Made by a program: the position numbers and the translations under genes. The notes below the pieces were generated by a model. The model was not told the origin of the DNA, searched no databases, and saw nothing but the letters and a program-made list of their open reading frames with translations. Positions 59,946 to 64,000 of a stretch of 64,000 bases of DNA are shown one piece after another. Position 1 is the stretch's first letter, and each line of letters opens with the position of its first letter. This stretch comes from Squalus acanthias. Taxonomy: Eukaryota. The stretch covers positions 5,642,001-5,706,000 of the forward strand of contig CM059433.1 in assembly GCA_030390025.1 (NCBI GenBank), read 5' to 3'.

Positions 59946-61774
59946 AATATCTCTGTCTCTGGCGGGACCCATTTTTGTCTGATTATACCTTTGTGCAGCA
60001 CCTTGGGATGTTTATCTACATTAAAAGCACTATGTAAATGCAAGCACACACATTAAGAAGAGTACTATTTATTTTAACAATTACATCGAAAAAAATTAAA
60101 TAGTCACCAGAACTTTGCCTGTTGTTTTGGTAAAGATGCTTATTTTATTATCCTCATGAAGACGGTCCTTCCCTGGCAGAGCTGCCATTGACGGGGAGTA
60201 TCCTGTGCTCCTCTGTAGGAAACATCAGAAGCCACAACTTCAGACTAGCTTGGGAGCCGCCAGATCCCAAAGATGCATCTATAAACTGTAACAGGCCCAT
60301 ATGGCTGTGGGCAGCTCTCAGGCTGGTTTAACGGTACATCTCCTCCCCCAGGGTTTTCTTTGTCAGTGAGGTTACCATCCAGCCTAACAAGGAGCGATCT
60401 TCAACCTGAGGTCTCCAGGCACATAATAAAAGCGAGAGAAAATTCTGCTGAAACGTAGAAAGGCCATTTGACCCATCACGCCCATTCCTTCCACAGCCCA
60501 CTTACAATCTGCCCAATCATGGACTGCCCCACAACAGGTTAACCTTCTGTGGCATTAATTCAGCACAATTACTCCCAGATTCATAAAAGTGATCGAGTGA
60601 AACTCCAGAATGTTTATCTATCCTCAAATATCAACTCCTCAATCCTGACCTGCTGCCCTCTCAAGCAACAATACTCCCCAGCTCCCCAATCCCAGCTCCA
60701 ACAGCAGAAGATCTATACGTATCTCATGGAGAATTTGCTCATCTCAGTTCATCACCAGACGTTTTTCCAATTCTTTTTTGGAGGACTGATTAACACAGCA
60801 GCCTCTGTGTTTTCTGGGAGTCTTTCTGTGGGGCAGAAAGAAAACCACCTGAGGGGGAAAAAAATGACCACTGCCTCTGTCTCATATGTATTTGCACAGG
60901 CTGCTTTTAATGCCATTCCATATCAACAGCAAGAATAGATGGCAGGAAGGATGCGGTTGACAGGACAGTGGGTTGTCTGTACAGGGCAGGATGTGGCATC
61001 AGATGCTGACAAAATCCAGCAGCAAGTTTGCCAGCAGTTTACACTGGCACATGGCTGCTATGGGACTAGGGGCTGGCGCTGATTAGTGCCAACTTAGAAT
61101 ATGTAATTCAGGCAATTTATACTAGTAAACCCAGGGTAGATTTCAGTAAGACGGACTCAACTCCATTTACCATTAACATACTGTAAATTGCTCTGAGAAT
61201 ACAGTTAAACTCCAGTCTCAGTACCGTAGCCACTACAACAACAACTTGTATTTATAATAGCGCCTTTAAAGTAGTAAAACACCCCAAGGTGTTTCACAGG
61301 AGCGTTATCAAACAACATCTGACTAAAGCACCAGAGTGTCCCAGATTGTTTATCTATATTGTCTTTTTAGCTTTCAGGATTCCTGAATTAATGTCAATTC
61401 ATAGAATCATAGAATAGTACAGCACAGAAGGAGGCCATTCGGCCCATCGAGTCTGCGCCAAGCAGATTTGCTGACAAGTCAGTGCTGTGGGCTGATAGGT
61501 TGAAATGCTCTGAAACTCATTTTATAAGACACCTGGCAGCTATTAGAGAGAAGAGTTTTGACCCGTTTGCCTGGGCTGGATTGACGTAGCGCACTCCCTA
61601 TACGTTTCCTTTTAAGTGGTGAAGGAATATGGTGGAGGACTTGCAAATTAAAAATTGGCAATTGAAAATAAGAAAGTAAGCAAATTGTTAATGTTTACAT
61701 TCAGGAACAGTAAGGCAGTGATTAATTGGGTTCCTTTTGTTTGACGTCAGCTGAAGTGATGATGTTGAGAGCTC

Positions 61775-64000
61775 GCTGATAGGGGCGTGAATGTTACTTG
61801 CCACTTATCAGCCCAAGCCTGAATGTTGTCCAGGTCTTGCTGCATGTGGGCATAGACTATTTCATTATCTGAGTACAGTAGTTGGAACTGAACACTGTGC
61901 AATCATCAGCGAACATCCCCACTTCTGACCTTATGATGGAGGGAAGGTCATTGATGAAGCAGCTGAAGATGTTTGGGCCTAGGACACTGCTCTGAGGAAC
62001 ACCTGCAGCGATGTCCTGGGGCTGAGATGATTGGCCTCCAACAACCACAGCCATCTTCCTTTGTGCTAGGTATGACTCCAGCCAGTGGAGACTTTTCCCC
62101 CCAGTTCCCATTGACTTCAATTTTACTAGGGCTTCTTGATACCACATTCGGACAAATGCTGCCTTGATGTCAAGGGCAGTCACTCTCAACTCACTTCTGG
62201 AATTCAGCTCTTTTGTCCATGTTTGGACCAAGGCTGTACTGAGGTCTGGAGCTGAGTGGTCCTGGCAGAACACAAACTAAGCATCGGTGAGCAGGTTATT
62301 GGTGAGTAAGTGCCGTTTGATAGCACTGCCGACGACACCTTCCATCACTTTGCTGATGATTGAGCGTAGACTGATGGGGCGGTAATTGGCCAGATTGGAT
62401 TTGTCCTGCATTTTGTGGACAGGACATACCTGGGCAATTTTCCACTTTGTCGAATAGTGCTGTAGCTGTACTGGAACAGCTTGGCTGGAGGCATGGTTTG
62501 TTCTGGAGCACATGTCTTCAGCATTACAGCCAGGATGTTGTCAGGGCCCATAGCATTTGTTGTATCTAATGCGCTCAGCGGTTTCTTGATATCACATGGA
62601 GTGAATTGAATTGGCTGAAGACTGGCTTCTGTGATGGTGGGGACTTCAGGGGGAGGCCGATATGGATCATCCACCTGGCACTTCTGGCTGAAGATGGTTG
62701 CAAACACTTCTGCCTTGTCTTTTGAACTCACGTGCTGGGCTCCGCTATCATTGAGGATGGAGATGTTCATGGAGCCTCTTCCTCCCGTTAGTTGTTTAAT
62801 TGTCCACCACCATTCATGACTGGATGTGGCAGGACTGCAGAGCTTTGATCTGATCCATTGGTTGTGGGATTACTTAGCTCTTTCTATAGCATGCTGCTTT
62901 CGCTGTTTAGCATGCGTGTATCCTGTGTTGCAGCTTCCCCAGGTTGGCACCTCATTTTTAGGTACACCTGGTGCTGCTCCTGGCATACTCTTCTACATTT
63001 CTCATTGAACCAGGGTTGGTCCCCTGGCTTGACGGTAATGGTCGAGTGAGGGATATGCCAGGGCATGAGGTCACAGATTGTGGTGGAATACAATTCTGCT
63101 GCTGCTGATGGCCCACAGCACCTTCATGGATGCCCAGTTTGAGCTGCTAGATCTGTTCTGAATCTATCCCATTTAGCACGGTGGTAGTGCCACACAACAC
63201 GATGGAGGGTGTCCTCAGTGTGAAGATGGGACTTCGTCTCCACAAGGACTGTGCAGTGGTCACTCCATGGACAGATACATCTGCAACAGGTAGACTGGTA
63301 AGGATGAGGTCAAGTAGGTTTTCCCCTCGTGTTGGTTCTCTCACCACCTGCTGCAGGCCCAGTCTGGCAGCTATGTCCTTCAGGAATCGGCCAACTCGGT
63401 CAGTAGTGGTGCTACCGAGCCACTCTTGGTGATGGACATTGAAGTCCCCCACCCAGAGTACATTCTGTGCCCTTGCTACCATTAGTGCTTCTTCCAAATG
63501 GTGTTCAACGTGGAGGAGTACTGATTCATCAGCTGAGGGAGGGGGGTAGGTGGTAATCAGCAGGAGGTTTCCTAGCCCATGTTTGACCTCATGCCATGAG
63601 ACTTCATGGGGTCCAGAGCCAATGTTGAGAACTCCCAGGGCCACTCCCCACTGTGTCAGCACCTCTATTGGGTCTGTCCTGCTGGTGGGACAGGACATAC
63701 CCAGGGATGGAGATGGAAGAGTCTGGAAGGTATGATTCTGTGAGTATGACTATGTCAGGCTGTTGCTTGACTAGTCTGTGGGACACTTCCAATTTTGACA
63801 CAAGTCCCCAGATGTTATTGAGAAGGACTTTGCAGGGTCGACTGGGCTGGGTGCGCCTTTGTCGTGTCCGGTGCCTAGGTCGATGCCGGGTGCTCCGTCC
63901 GGTTTTATTGTTAATATACTTCTTTGTCGAGGTTTAGTACAATTGAATGGCTTGCTCGGCCATTTCAGAGGGCAGTTAAGAGTCAACCACATTGCTGTGG
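61775..64000 (-). mobile_element. CR1-group LINE ORF2 (APE plus RT), frameshifted, runs to the window edge
   Basis: PDIVILTESYL, VGDFNVHH, AMGPDNI, NYRPISL, LDIKAAF, GVPQ.SVLGP, FADD. Confidence 0.9.

Noticed and set aside
61530..61661. Candidate FBLN7 exon 1 (ends CAG|GT)
   Set aside because: Peptide is basic and lacks a hydrophobic signal sequence; the donor GTGTCT is weak.

Overview
This is a vertebrate genomic window, not a prokaryotic one. The CR1/L2/RTE/Penelope/Harbinger/SINE repertoire suggests a cartilaginous fish (inference). It is mostly intronic DNA of a minus-strand fibulin-7 (FBLN7)-like gene. I read two coding exons directly: a 160-bp coiled-coil exon at 57674-57833 and a 174-bp Sushi/CCP exon at 43498-43671. 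The rest is densely nested transposable elements. (1) A young Ty3/Gypsy element (21596-29281, TSD TATAG, identical LTRs) has no tRNA primer site, an 11-nt LTR-complementary 'PBS' suggesting self-priming, a YLDN RT motif and two CR1 insertions. (2) Several PIF/Harbinger elements carry an intron-containing Myb/SANT gene and a HARBI1-type transposase, and their MITEs have A-initial 3-bp TSDs. (3) Penelope-like elements and 160-180-bp Penelope-derived mini-insertions are present, and three of these segments contain minimal hammerhead ribozyme motifs. (4) There is a 42-bp minisatellite and a local inverted duplication in which a 40-bp unit has 2 copies in one arm and 14 in the other. Most long ORFs in the supplied track are TE-derived or repeat artefacts. 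All coordinates were counted by eye and no database searches were run.
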